NCBI GenBank assembly: GCA_027484165.1
Contig: JAIXWH010000071.1
Location: forward strand, 41,366-105,365
Length of the DNA: 64,000 nucleotides
Source: Chitinophagaceae bacterium
GTDB taxonomy: Bacteria > Bacteroidota > Bacteroidia > Chitinophagales > Chitinophagaceae
Direction: 5' to 3'
The notes below the pieces were generated by a model. It worked only from the letters and a program-made list of their open reading frames with translations, was not told where the DNA came from and made no database searches. Position numbers and translations under genes: made by a program. The first letter of the stretch is position 1. Every line of letters begins with the position of its first letter. Positions 47,367 to 57,027 of the stretch are shown here, one piece after another.

Positions 47367-48131
47367 ATGAAACAAATACCGAATCTTTTCACATTGCTTA
47401 ACCTGATATTTGGATGTTTTGCGATTGTGTATATTTTGCAAAATGGAATTGTACTGCAATATACTGCTGAGGGAAGTCAGGTTATTGAAATGCCAGAAAA
47501 GATTGTATGGGCTTCTGTTTTTATTGGCTTGGCAGCTGTTGTGGATTTTTTAGATGGTTTCATTGCCAGGCTATTCAAAGCCACTTCTGAAATGGGTAAG
47601 CAATTAGACTCATTAGCTGATGTTGTAAGTTTTGGAGTAGCCCCTTCAATGATTTTATTTCAATTGTTAAGATTAAGTTATGCATCTAGTGAAGATGGCA
47701 TGAATACATCGGTTCTTTTATTGGCCCCTGTTTTTGTTCTTGCTGCATGTGCTGCATATCGGTTAGCTAAATTTAATCTCGATCAAACACAGCAAACTAC
47801 TTTCAAAGGGGTGCCAACGCCAGCAGTTGGACTTGTTGTAGCTTCATTACCATTAATTTATTGGTATACAGAATATACTTTTGTTTATGATTTGATTTTA
47901 AATAAATGGGTGATTTATGGCTTTATTTTATTTTCAGGATATATGATGGTAAGTAATTTTCCGATGATGTCACTTAAACTCAAATCCAAAAAATTAAATG
48001 AAAATTTACCTCAAATTTTATTGATTGTTGCTGGGTTGCTACTGGCATTGTTTTTTCACTGGCTGGCAATTCCACTGATATTTATAATCTATATTATTTT
48101 ATCTCTAGTTTTTAAAAATCAATTGAAGTAA
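47367..48131 (+). CDS. pssA: CDP-alcohol phosphatidyltransferase (phosphatidylserine synthase type)
   Basis: IPNLFTLLNL, DFLDGFIAR...GKQLDSLADVVSFG, RLAKFN, FKGVPTP. Confidence 0.88.
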   Translation: MKQIPNLFTLLNLIFGCFAIVYILQNGIVLQYTAEGSQVIEMPEKIVWASVFIGLAAVVDFLDGFIARLFKATSEMGKQLDSLADVVSFGVAPSMILFQLLRLSYASSEDGMNTSVLLLAPVFVLAACAAYRLAKFNLDQTQQTTFKGVPTPAVGLVVASLPLIYWYTEYTFVYDLILNKWVIYGFILFSGYMMVSNFPMMSLKLKSKKLNENLPQILLIVAGLLLALFFHWLAIPLIFIIYIILSLVFKNQLK

Positions 48132-48161
48132 TTAACAGATTTAGTTGATTAAAATTCTATT

Positions 48162-48830
48162 ATGCTTTACATCGTTCCTTCGCCCATTGGCAATTTAGCC
48201 GACATCACAATAAGGGCTTTAGAAATTTTAAAGTCGGTTGATTTGATTTTAGCTGAAGATACCAGGACTTCATCTGTATTGCTCAATCATTATCAAATCA
48301 ATAAACCAATTACCCCATATCATCAACATAATGAACATAAAGTAGTGGCTCATTTAACAGATCAGCTCATTGCAGGAAAATCTATTGCATTGCTTACTGA
48401 TGCAGGAACTCCTGGGATAAGCGATCCTGCATACCTATTGGTGAAATCCTGTGTTCAAAACAATGTCGAAGTGAATTGTTTGCCTGGTGCTACTGCATTT
48501 GTTCCAGCATTGGTAAATAGCGGATTGCCCTTATCCAGTTTTTGTTTTGAAGGGTTTCTCCCTCTTAAAAAAGGCCGACAAACATTTTTAAAGAAAATGG
48601 CAATAGAGGAAAGAACAATGATTTTTTATGAAAGTCCGATGAGATTGTTGAAAACACTGACAAATTTTATAGAGTATTTTGGCCCTGATAGAAAATGTTG
48701 TGTAAGCAGAGAGTTGACTAAAAAATTTGAAGAGAATAAAAGAGGCACATTGCAAGAAGTTTATGATTATTTTAATTCAAAACCAGTTAAAGGAGAGATT
48801 GTTATTGTGGTGGAAGGAGTAGGAGGTTGA
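48162..48830 (+). CDS. rsmI: 16S rRNA (cytidine(1402)-2'-O)-methyltransferase
   Basis: LYIVPSPIGNLADIT, AEDTR, TDAGTPGISDP, FEGFLP, YESP, RELTKKFEE, KGEIV. Confidence 0.97.
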   Translation: MLYIVPSPIGNLADITIRALEILKSVDLILAEDTRTSSVLLNHYQINKPITPYHQHNEHKVVAHLTDQLIAGKSIALLTDAGTPGISDPAYLLVKSCVQNNVEVNCLPGATAFVPALVNSGLPLSSFCFEGFLPLKKGRQTFLKKMAIEERTMIFYESPMRLLKTLTNFIEYFGPDRKCCVSRELTKKFEENKRGTLQEVYDYFNSKPVKGEIVIVVEGVGG

Positions 48831-48899
48831 ATGGTTGAATGATTGATTAGTTGATTAGTTATTTTTATAGTTCAATAATTAGATGTTTAATAATTTAAT

Positions 48900-50831
48900 A
48901 TGAGAAAAATATTTTTACTTTTTACTATTTACTTTTCACTTTTTATTAAAGCAGATGCTCAATCTGAAAGATGGCAGCAATCTGTTAAATACACAATGGT
49001 GGTAGATGTAGATACGCTATCCAACAAACTTTTTGGAAAACAAAAATTAGTTTATCAGAATAACTCAACTGACAAGCTAGATAAAGTGTTTTATCATTTG
49101 TACTGGAATGCATTTCAGCCTAACAGTTCGATGGATGTGAGGAGCAGAGAGTTAGGCAAACAAATGATTAATGGAAGGCCAGACTGGGATGGACGTGTAA
49201 AGGATAGGATTTTGAATTTGCAGCCGAATGAAATCGGGTATCAAAAAATCATTTCATTGAAAATGAATGGAGTTTCGCAAAACTTCAAATACCATGAAAC
49301 AATATTAGAAGTTGATTTAAAAACTCCAATAATGCCTAAAACTGCGGTAGTTTTTGAAATGGAATTTGAAGCACAGGTTCCTTTACAAGTAAGAAGAAGT
49401 GGAAGAGATAATCCTAAGACAGGAGTAAAGTATAGTATGAGTCAATGGTATCCTAAAATGTGCGAATACGATTATGAGGGCTGGCACCCAACACCGTATG
49501 TTGCCAGAGAGTTTTATGGGGTTTGGGGAGATTTTGATGTTACTATTAATATCGCAAGCAATTATAAATTGGGAGGCACTGGTGTTTTAGTGAACGCCTC
49601 AGAAATTGGTTGGGGATATGATAAAACTTTGGATTCATTGAAAAGTATCAATACGAAAAAAAGGACATGGCATTTTGTTGGAAAGAATATTCATGATTTT
49701 GTTTGGGCTGCGGATCCTGACTTTAAACATTTGGTAAGAAATGTAACTAATGGTCCTGTGTTACATGTGATCTATAATGATCAACCTAATAATCCAGCTA
49801 ACGATACTGCATGGGCGAAAGTTGCTGACGCTGCATACAAGACTTTACCTTTCATAGAAAAAAACTTTGGAAAGTATCCATATCCTCAATACTCTTTTAT
49901 TCAGGGTGGAGATGGCGGTATGGAATATCCAATGGCTACTTTAATCAGTGGGCCTTCTTTAGGAACAGTTTTTCATGAATGGATGCACAGTTGGTATCAG
50001 ATGATGCTCGCTACAAATGAAAGTATGTATGCCTGGCTGGATGAAGGATTTACTTCTTTTGCTGAAGATTTAGTAAGTAAGTTTTACAACAATTTTTCAT
50101 CAAATAAGGAATATGTTGACGCATTAAAAGATGATCCCAATAATGAAGGATTAAAAAAACTGGTTGCTTCTTTACCTGAAGACCATGCAGGATCATACGC
50201 AAGTTATTTTTCATTGGTTAGAAGTGGTTTGGAAGAGCCTATGTCTACTCATGCTGATCACTACAATAATAATTTTGCTTATAGTGTGGATGCTTATTCC
50301 AAAGGAGAGGTTTTTTTGGAACAGTTAGGTTACATAATCGGTGCAAAAACAAGAGATAAGGTTTTGATAGATTATTATAATCAATGGAAATATAAACATC
50401 CTAATGCGCAGGACTTCATCAATGTTGCAGAAAAAAGAAGTGGTATGAAATTAGATTGGTATAAAGAATACTGGACTCAAACCACCAAGACCATTGATTA
50501 TAGTATAGATAGTTTATGGGAAGATAATGGTGAAAGTAAAATCAGAATAAAAAGAATGGGTCAATTGCCGATGCCAATAGATTTGAAAATAACATTTAAA
50601 GATGGTTCTACTGAAATGCATATTATGCCACTTAATTTGATGTTCGGAAATAAAGTGCAAGAAGATTCATTAACTCCAACCATAACTGAAGAGGAGTGGA
50701 GATGGACACATCCAACTTATATTGTGACTTTCAAAAAAAGACTGACTGATTTAAAGGTAGCAGAAATTGACCCTTCGAAAAGAATGGCAGATGTTAACAG
50801 AAGTAATAATTTGATTGAGTTGAACTGGTAG
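48900..50831 (+). CDS. M1 family aminopeptidase, secreted
   Basis: Signal peptide; GGMEYP, HEWMHSW (HExxH), WLDEG, AYSKG. Confidence 0.92.
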   Translation: MRKIFLLFTIYFSLFIKADAQSERWQQSVKYTMVVDVDTLSNKLFGKQKLVYQNNSTDKLDKVFYHLYWNAFQPNSSMDVRSRELGKQMINGRPDWDGRVKDRILNLQPNEIGYQKIISLKMNGVSQNFKYHETILEVDLKTPIMPKTAVVFEMEFEAQVPLQVRRSGRDNPKTGVKYSMSQWYPKMCEYDYEGWHPTPYVAREFYGVWGDFDVTINIASNYKLGGTGVLVNASEIGWGYDKTLDSLKSINTKKRTWHFVGKNIHDFVWAADPDFKHLVRNVTNGPVLHVIYNDQPNNPANDTAWAKVADAAYKTLPFIEKNFGKYPYPQYSFIQGGDGGMEYPMATLISGPSLGTVFHEWMHSWYQMMLATNESMYAWLDEGFTSFAEDLVSKFYNNFSSNKEYVDALKDDPNNEGLKKLVASLPEDHAGSYASYFSLVRSGLEEPMSTHADHYNNNFAYSVDAYSKGEVFLEQLGYIIGAKTRDKVLIDYYNQWKYKHPNAQDFINVAEKRSGMKLDWYKEYWTQTTKTIDYSIDSLWEDNGESKIRIKRMGQLPMPIDLKITFKDGSTEMHIMPLNLMFGNKVQEDSLTPTITEEEWRWTHPTYIVTFKKRLTDLKVAEIDPSKRMADVNRSNNLIELNW

Positions 50832-50840
50832 CATTAAGGA

Positions 50841-51473
50841 TTATTTCAAAGGCTGATAGATCAAAAACTTTTCTTTAAAATATTCCTCGTTAAATATTTT
50901 ATCCATTTCCCATACAAAGGGTTTGCATCCACTTTCCTGAATTTCCAAAGTTAAATCTCCTCCTTTCAAACATATTAGTCCGTTGGGAGTATTTTCATTG
51001 GTCATTGGAGATTTTTTTATCAATGGTTTGCTCCATTTCCATAAGTCCTTCAAAGGAGCTACAGCTCTTGAAACTACAGTGTCGAATTTTTGATTCTTGA
51101 TATCTTCGACTCGTGTATGTTTTACCGTTATATTCTTCAGGTTAATAGCATCTGCTATTTCAATCACCACTTTTAATTTTTTGTTGATACTATCAACCAT
51201 TAAAAAATTGGTTTCTGGAAACAAAATAGCAAGCGGAACTCCTGGAAATCCTCCGCCACAACCTAAGTCCATGATGTTTGTATTGGGTTGAAATTCAAAT
51301 TGAGTAGCAATGCTTAAAGAATGTAATACATGATGGAGGTAAAAATTATCCATATCCTTTCTACTGATTACATTGATCTTTTGATTCCATTCAAAATATA
51401 ATTCCTTTAATTGTCTTAGTTGCTCTAGCTGAGTGTCAGTAAAATCTGAAAAATATTGTTCTATGATTTCCAT
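50841..51473 (-). CDS. rsmG: 16S rRNA (guanine(527)-N7)-methyltransferase
   Basis: WNQKINVISR, HVLHSL, DLGCGGGFPG, VSRAVA, LKGG. Confidence 0.96.
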   Translation of the reverse strand: MEIIEQYFSDFTDTQLEQLRQLKELYFEWNQKINVISRKDMDNFYLHHVLHSLSIATQFEFQPNTNIMDLGCGGGFPGVPLAILFPETNFLMVDSINKKLKVVIEIADAINLKNITVKHTRVEDIKNQKFDTVVSRAVAPLKDLWKWSKPLIKKSPMTNENTPNGLICLKGGDLTLEIQESGCKPFVWEMDKIFNEEYFKEKFLIYQPLK

Positions 51474-51607
51474 GCTGCAAGTTTAAAAAGTTGTTTCAGA
51501 ATTTGATGGTTTGAAATTTTGAAGATTCAAGAAAATCCGATTGTTTCGTACTTGTTATTTTTATATTTTAATTTTTTTTCATTGCGCACTTTACATGAAA
51601 TTATTGT

Positions 51608-52744
51608 TTATTTCCATGAAGGTTTTGCTTTTCGGATTAATGCAGTAGAAAATATTAAATAATAAAAGAACATCCAGATGTCAAAAAATAAAACAAAAGG
51701 AAGTAGACCTTTCTCATTTAGTTTCTTTAAGGCAAAAGCAAATACAATCATTTGAATGAAAAATCGGATACCGAAAGCCATCAATGTAATTTTCCATTCA
51801 AAAGTTATACAACTTAAAACAAGTAATGGGTAGAATAAAAAATGAGTTAAAGCATAAATTCCTAATAATAATTTGTGTCCCGTTTTATAATATTTGCTTG
51901 TAGAGTAATGTCTATTTTTTTGTATCATCCATTGTTTAAAAGATTGTGCAGGTTTGCTTAAAGTAAAAGAATCCGGATTCAAATTGACTTTAGTATTTTT
52001 TTTGTTTGCCGCCATATTTACAAATAAATCATCATCGCCACCGGGAATATTGTTGTGTGATGAAAATCCTTTGTGTCTGAAAAACACAGCTTTTTTATAA
52101 CTCAGGTTTCTGCCAACACCCATGTAAGGGATTCCTGCCATTGCGTAACTTAAATATTGTATAGCAGAGTGAAAGGTTTCCCATCTTATTAATTTATTAA
52201 GCAAGGTTTTTTGTTTGTGATAGGGGCTGTATCCCAATACAATTTCTGTTTTTTCATCGGCAAAAGCGCTTTGCATACTTTGAATCCAAAATTCTGAAGC
52301 AGGAATACAATCAGCATCTGTTAGCAAAACAATCTCATGTTTTGCTGATTTGATGCCAACAGCGAGTGGGTATTTTTTACCGGGAATTAGTTTAGCTTCT
52401 TGAGTAAGTTCTATTACATTCAGTTGTTTAAAAGTTCTTTTCAATTCTTCCAACAGGTATTTACTGTCGTCATAAGAATTGTCGTTTAAAACAATAACTT
52501 CATGTGTTGTTTTGTAATCCTGTACAAGCACTCCAGGGAGATTGGTCGCTAAATTACCTGCTTCATCCCTTGCGCAAATCACAACGCTAACAGGATGAGT
52601 TTGACTTGTTTCTATTTTTTTTTGTTTGTGAAATGCCAATCTGCTGAAAAAGAAAAGATAATAAAAAATTTGTAGAAAGGCTGTTGTTGCAAAAGCTATA
52701 AAAATGAGGAGTCTCCAATTTTCAATAAAAAATGTCATGTTCAT
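51608..52744 (-). CDS. Glycosyltransferase family 2, membrane-bound
   Basis: N-terminal TM; VSVVICARDE, LNDNSYD, GKKYPL, LLTDADC, GVGRNL, GGDDDLF, QKNRH; C-terminal TMs. Confidence 0.92.
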   Translation of the reverse strand: MNMTFFIENWRLLIFIAFATTAFLQIFYYLFFFSRLAFHKQKKIETSQTHPVSVVICARDEAGNLATNLPGVLVQDYKTTHEVIVLNDNSYDDSKYLLEELKRTFKQLNVIELTQEAKLIPGKKYPLAVGIKSAKHEIVLLTDADCIPASEFWIQSMQSAFADEKTEIVLGYSPYHKQKTLLNKLIRWETFHSAIQYLSYAMAGIPYMGVGRNLSYKKAVFFRHKGFSSHNNIPGGDDDLFVNMAANKKNTKVNLNPDSFTLSKPAQSFKQWMIQKNRHYSTSKYYKTGHKLLLGIYALTHFLFYPLLVLSCITFEWKITLMAFGIRFFIQMIVFAFALKKLNEKGLLPFVLFFDIWMFFYYLIFSTALIRKAKPSWK

Positions 52745-52787
52745 TGCTGCAAAAATAAGATAAGATGAGGAAGCACTTTTAAAAAAT

Positions 52788-52795
52788 TATATTTG
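52788..52795 (+). promoter_or_regulatory. -7 promoter element (TATATTTG) for tgt, back-to-back with the GT2 promoter TATTTTTG (52750-52757, minus)
   Basis: Two canonical boxes in a 74-nt divergent spacer. Confidence 0.65.
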
Positions 52796-52818
52796 CATTT
52801 CAAACAATCAATTTATGT

Positions 52819-53958
52819 ATGGCGGTTTTGAAATTTGGTTTAGAAATCACTGATAAAAATTCAAATGCTCGAACTGGAAAAATTACTACAGATCATGGCA
52901 TAATTGAGACGCCCATATTTATGCCCGTTGGTACTGTTGGTAGCGTGAAGGCCATATCGCAACAGCAATTGAAGCAAGATGTTGGAGCTCAAATAATACT
53001 AGGCAATACCTATCATTTGTATCTGAGGCCGGGGTTAAAAACCCTTGAAAAGGCAGGGGGCTTGCATCAATTCAATGGATGGGATAGACCTATACTTACT
53101 GATAGTGGCGGGTTTCAGGTTTTCTCATTAGCAAAGAGTAGAAAAATTACTGAAGAAGGTGTGGTGTTCCAGTCGCATATTGATGGAAGTAAACATTTAT
53201 TTACTCCGGAAAATGTAATGGATACTCAAAGAATTATAGGCGGTGATATCATAATGGCATTTGACGAATGTCCACCCGGCGGAAGTGAATATGGGTATGC
53301 GAAAAAATCTATGGAATTAACCCATCGTTGGTTGGATAGGTGTCTGGATAGATTTAGCAACACTCAGGATAAATATGCCTACACACAAAATCTGTTTCCA
53401 ATTGTACAGGGAGGCATTCATCATGATTTGCGTAAAGCATCTTGTGAATATATTTCAAGTAAAAATGCACCTGGCAATGCCATTGGAGGGTTAAGTGTTG
53501 GAGAGCCCATTGATAAAATGTATGAAATCTGTGCCTTGTGTTGCGATCATTTACCCAAAGATAAACCCAGGTATCTTATGGGGGTTGGAACTCCTTGGAA
53601 TATATTGGAGGCAATAGAAATGGGTGTAGATATGTTTGATTGCGTGATGCCTACTCGAAACGGAAGAAACGCCATGTTGTTTACCGCAAATGGTATTATC
53701 AATATCGACAATAAAAAATGGGAACATGATTTTTCACCCATTGATGAAACCATTGGTTGTGATATGAGTGCCTATTATTCAAAAGCATATCTAAAACATT
53801 TATTAAAAGCAAAAGAATTTTTGGGGCTTACCATTGCAAGTGTTCATAATCTGGCTTTTTACTTGTGGTTGGTTAAAGAAGCAAGAAAGCATATTATTGT
53901 TGGAGATTTTGTGTCCTGGAAAAAGGAGATTGTAAAACAAATGCAACAAAAGTTATAA
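52819..53958 (+). CDS. tgt: Queuine tRNA-ribosyltransferase
   Basis: TPIFMPVGT, GNTYHL, LTDSGGFQVFSL, MAFDEC, AIGGLSVGE, YLMGVG, FDCVMPTRNGR, CDMS...H Zn-site region. Confidence 0.98.
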   Translation: MAVLKFGLEITDKNSNARTGKITTDHGIIETPIFMPVGTVGSVKAISQQQLKQDVGAQIILGNTYHLYLRPGLKTLEKAGGLHQFNGWDRPILTDSGGFQVFSLAKSRKITEEGVVFQSHIDGSKHLFTPENVMDTQRIIGGDIIMAFDECPPGGSEYGYAKKSMELTHRWLDRCLDRFSNTQDKYAYTQNLFPIVQGGIHHDLRKASCEYISSKNAPGNAIGGLSVGEPIDKMYEICALCCDHLPKDKPRYLMGVGTPWNILEAIEMGVDMFDCVMPTRNGRNAMLFTANGIINIDNKKWEHDFSPIDETIGCDMSAYYSKAYLKHLLKAKEFLGLTIASVHNLAFYLWLVKEARKHIIVGDFVSWKKEIVKQMQQKL

Positions 53959-53982
53959 ATTGCATTATTAAATAGTACTAAA

Positions 53983-54690
53983 ATGAAATTTGAAAAGGTT
54001 ACTTTATTTTTTAGTTTTTTATTTTTGATTTTTTTGTCAGTAACAGCACAAACATCGAACAGTAATTCCCCAAAAGATGCTAAAGTAGAAGTGACAATGC
54101 TTGACTTTAAATCTGTTCCTGTTCCGCACGAAATCATGATTTTTAAGAGTAAGAATTTTCAGAAAGAGTATCAGGGGTTATCAGATTCTTTAGGCAGATT
54201 CAGTTTGCGCTTACCTGCGGGAGATGTCTATCAGTATTATACATTGAACACAACAGATTCTACTTTGTATAAAGAGTTGGAAATTCCTGCACTGAAAGAA
54301 AATTTTTCTTACAAAGCTCCATTTGTTATTACTTTTTATCTTGATGCCCCTAAGAATTTTATTCTTGAAGGATTAAATTTTGATAATGGTAAATATTCCT
54401 TTCAGCCATCAGCTTATCCTGTTATGGATGATTTGGTGGAGTATATGAAAAGAAAAGAGGATGATAGAATTGAAATTGGTGGACACACAGATAATGTGGG
54501 GAATGCAAAAAGTAACTTAAAGCTATCTGAAGACAGAGCTAATGCCGTAAAAGAATATCTTGTTGCCCATGGAATAGATTCTTCAAGGCTTCTTACGAAA
54601 GGTTATGGAAGTTCAAAGCCTATAGAATCAAATAATACTCCAGCCGGTAGAGCTGAAAACCGAAGAACAGAAGTTACCATACTAGAATAA
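53983..54690 (+). CDS. OmpA-family peptidoglycan-binding protein
   Basis: Signal peptide; LNFDNGK, IEIGGHTDNVG, NLKLSEDRA, GYGSSKP, NRRTE. Confidence 0.92.
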   Translation: MKFEKVTLFFSFLFLIFLSVTAQTSNSNSPKDAKVEVTMLDFKSVPVPHEIMIFKSKNFQKEYQGLSDSLGRFSLRLPAGDVYQYYTLNTTDSTLYKELEIPALKENFSYKAPFVITFYLDAPKNFILEGLNFDNGKYSFQPSAYPVMDDLVEYMKRKEDDRIEIGGHTDNVGNAKSNLKLSEDRANAVKEYLVAHGIDSSRLLTKGYGSSKPIESNNTPAGRAENRRTEVTILE

Positions 54691-54719
54691 AAAAAGAGCG
54701 AGAATTTCTCGCTCTTTTT
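54691..54719. terminator. Bidirectional terminator
   Basis: AAAAAGAGCGAGA-ATT-TCTCGCTCTTTTT between convergent genes. Confidence 0.85.
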
Positions 54720-54740
54720 AATTATTTAAGGTTACCCAAT

Positions 54741-55517
54741 TTAAAAATTCGTTGAGGTCAATGTTGTTGTCTTGTTTGTGTTTGTTAATTGAATATCACC
54801 AGCTGGGATTGTAATTCCAAGAGTATTTTGAAGTATAGTCGACAATATTGAACTTATCGTGACACTTATTGTCAATTCTCGCTCTCTTTTGACTAGTCCG
54901 TACTTCGGAGCATAATAACTATAAATATCTTGTACAATGTTGGTTGGAAGATTTCCTATTAGGGGTAAACTAACATTTGCATTGACAATCTCTGATTTAA
55001 CCTTGTATAAATTCGAATAGGTTACATTATTTATGTTTAGCGTACTTCCTTTTTCTACGATAGTATTTACAATATTTGCTGTGATAGTGGCTGCAGTCGT
55101 CCCACTTCCTATTGTTGCAGTGTAAGGCATTGTCCAAGTTGTACCTACTGGGGCATCACCAATTAGATATTTTTCTTTAAATCCAGGCAATTGAGGACTT
55201 AATATTGTGTATTGGAAATACTCATTTCCTATAAGGTTATAGAAACTCGAGTCAATATTGTTTGTTATATGGTTTGAGTCTAAAAAAACATGATATTGAT
55301 TGGATTCTTTAATAATTAACGCATCAGTGCAGGTTCTTGTAAAAGAGGTATCACCATTGCTTGTATTGTCGCGTTCATTATAAACCCACGCTTTTCCTGA
55401 ATCAAAGCTAAAGAACTGATCAGGAGTAGTGTTGTTCGTTACTGGATTTGAGACATCTTTTTTACAAGAAATAGCAAAAAAGCTTAATAAAAGAGCTAAA
55501 AAGAGTGTATTTTTCAT
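54741..55517 (-). CDS. Hypothetical lipoprotein
   Basis: Lipobox AIS-C-KKD; FDSGKAWVY, APVGTTW, YYAPKYGLVK suggest a beta-rich Bacteroidota lipoprotein family. Confidence 0.8.
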   Translation of the reverse strand: MKNTLFLALLLSFFAISCKKDVSNPVTNNTTPDQFFSFDSGKAWVYNERDNTSNGDTSFTRTCTDALIIKESNQYHVFLDSNHITNNIDSSFYNLIGNEYFQYTILSPQLPGFKEKYLIGDAPVGTTWTMPYTATIGSGTTAATITANIVNTIVEKGSTLNINNVTYSNLYKVKSEIVNANVSLPLIGNLPTNIVQDIYSYYAPKYGLVKRERELTISVTISSILSTILQNTLGITIPAGDIQLTNTNKTTTLTSTNF

Positions 55518-55578
55518 GATTTTGTGTTTTTAAAAAGTAATATTACTACTTTTTCTTTAAAAGTTAATTTTTTTCTCC

Positions 55579-55586
55579 TATCTTCG
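55579..55586 (+). promoter_or_regulatory. Variant -7 promoter element (TATCTTCG) for infA
   Basis: 13 nt upstream of the infA ATG; the upstream gene is divergent, so a promoter is required here. Confidence 0.65.
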
Positions 55587-55599
55587 CGCTCCCAATTTT

Positions 55600-55818
55600 A
55601 TGGCTAAGCAAGCACTAATTAAACAAGACGGAACAATTATAGAGGCATTGAGCAATGCTATGTTTAAGGTTAAATTAGAAAATGGTCACGAAATTTTGGC
55701 TACTATTTCTGGCAAGATGAGGATGCATTACATCCGTATTCTACCAGGTGATAAAGTAGGTGTAGAGATGAGTCCATACGATTTGACAAGGGGTCGAATC
55801 ATATTTAGATATAAATAA
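55600..55818 (+). CDS. infA: Translation initiation factor IF-1
   Basis: [36 protein letters not shown]. Confidence 0.99.
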   Translation: MAKQALIKQDGTIIEALSNAMFKVKLENGHEILATISGKMRMHYIRILPGDKVGVEMSPYDLTRGRIIFRYK

Positions 55819-55866
55819 AACAAGCTGATTTATCAGTAATTATCAAATAGATAAAACTTAAAAAAA

Positions 55867-55983
55867 ATGAAGGTAAGAGCTTCAATTAAAAAGCGCAGCG
55901 TTGATTGCAAAATCGTTAGAAGAAAAGGACGTTTGTATGTTATCAACAAAAAGAATCCACGTTTTAAGCAAAAACAAGGATAA
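55867..55983 (+). CDS. rpmJ: 50S ribosomal protein L36
   Basis: Below the track's length cutoff. Manual translation: [38 protein letters not shown]. Confidence 0.98.
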   Translation: MKVRASIKKRSVDCKIVRRKGRLYVINKKNPRFKQKQG

Positions 55984-56021
55984 TCAATTTTTATTTTAAA
56001 AACTATAAATAAACAAATTCT

Positions 56022-56399
56022 ATGGCACGTATTGCCGGTATAGATTTACCAAAGAACAAAAGAGGCGAAATAGGACTTACCTATATCTATGGTATTGGAC
56101 GCTCAACTGCGAAGTATATTTTGACCAAATCAGGAATTGATTTGAATAAAAAAGTAAACCAGTGGAATGACGATGAGCAAACAGCTATTCGTAATGTAAT
56201 CAACAATGAATTCAAAACAGAAGGTGCTTTACGTAGTGAAACACAAATGAACATCAAGCGTTTGCTTGATATCGCTTGTTATCGTGGGTTACGTCATCGT
56301 AAAGGATTGCCTCTACGTGGGCAACGTACTCGTACTAATAGCCGTACCAGAAAAGGTAAGCGTAAGACAGTTGCAGGTAAGAAGAAAGTAACTAAGTAA
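56022..56399 (+). CDS. rpsM: 30S ribosomal protein S13
   Basis: [35 protein letters not shown]. Confidence 0.99.
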   Translation: MARIAGIDLPKNKRGEIGLTYIYGIGRSTAKYILTKSGIDLNKKVNQWNDDEQTAIRNVINNEFKTEGALRSETQMNIKRLLDIACYRGLRHRKGLPLRGQRTRTNSRTRKGKRKTVAGKKKVTK

Positions 56400-56541
56400 T
56401 CATTACTCTCCTAAAAGGAGTGGTTTATAAAAGACTTATTATATTTTGAATCAACGCTGGATCGCTTTGTAAGTCGGCAGGAGGGTTGTTTCAACTTCAA
56501 GAAATTGAAGAAATTATTTAAGATCACCTATTTTAAAAAAA

Positions 56542-56952
56542 ATGGCAAAAGCACAACAAAAAGCACAAAGCGCAAAAGCAGCAGCTAAAAAGCGTGTAGT
56601 AAAAGTGGATAGCTATGGAGATGCTCATATCTCAGCTACCTTCAACAACATCATCATCAGTTTAACCAACAAAAATGGTCAGGTTATTTCTTGGTCGTCA
56701 GCTGGTAAAATGGGTTTCAAAGGAAGTAAGAAAAATACTCCTTACGCAGCTCAAATGGCCGCTGCTGATGCATCAAAAACAGCAATTGATGCTGGTTTAA
56801 AAAGAGTTGACGTTTTCGTTAAGGGCCCAGGTAGTGGTCGTGAAGGAGCAATTCGTTCTCTTTCTCAATCAGGATTGGAAGTTTCAATGATCAAAGACGT
56901 TACACCAATGCCACACAATGGTTGTCGTCCTCCAAAGAAAAGAAGAGTATAG
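56542..56952 (+). CDS. rpsK: 30S ribosomal protein S11
   Basis: [47 protein letters not shown]. Confidence 0.99.
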   Translation: MAKAQQKAQSAKAAAKKRVVKVDSYGDAHISATFNNIIISLTNKNGQVISWSSAGKMGFKGSKKNTPYAAQMAAADASKTAIDAGLKRVDVFVKGPGSGREGAIRSLSQSGLEVSMIKDVTPMPHNGCRPPKKRRV

Positions 56953-56973
56953 TCTAAACAATATTTCATAACG

Positions 56974-57027
56974 GGTACATCATCTATTTTAAAGACCTTT
57001 ACGATGATGTATCGACACTAAAAGGTC
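56974..57027 (+). ncRNA. Candidate cis-regulatory H-type pseudoknot upstream of rpsD
   Basis: Stem 1 GGTACATCATC (56974-84) / GATGATGTATC (57003-13); stem 2 GACCTTT (56994-57000) / AAAGGTC (57021-27). Confidence 0.55.

Noticed and set aside
48826-48880. Short degenerate direct repeats (TTGAATG x2, TTGATTAG x2) after rsmI
   Set aside because: Too short and irregular for CRISPR or a satellite; ordinary AT-rich intergenic filler.
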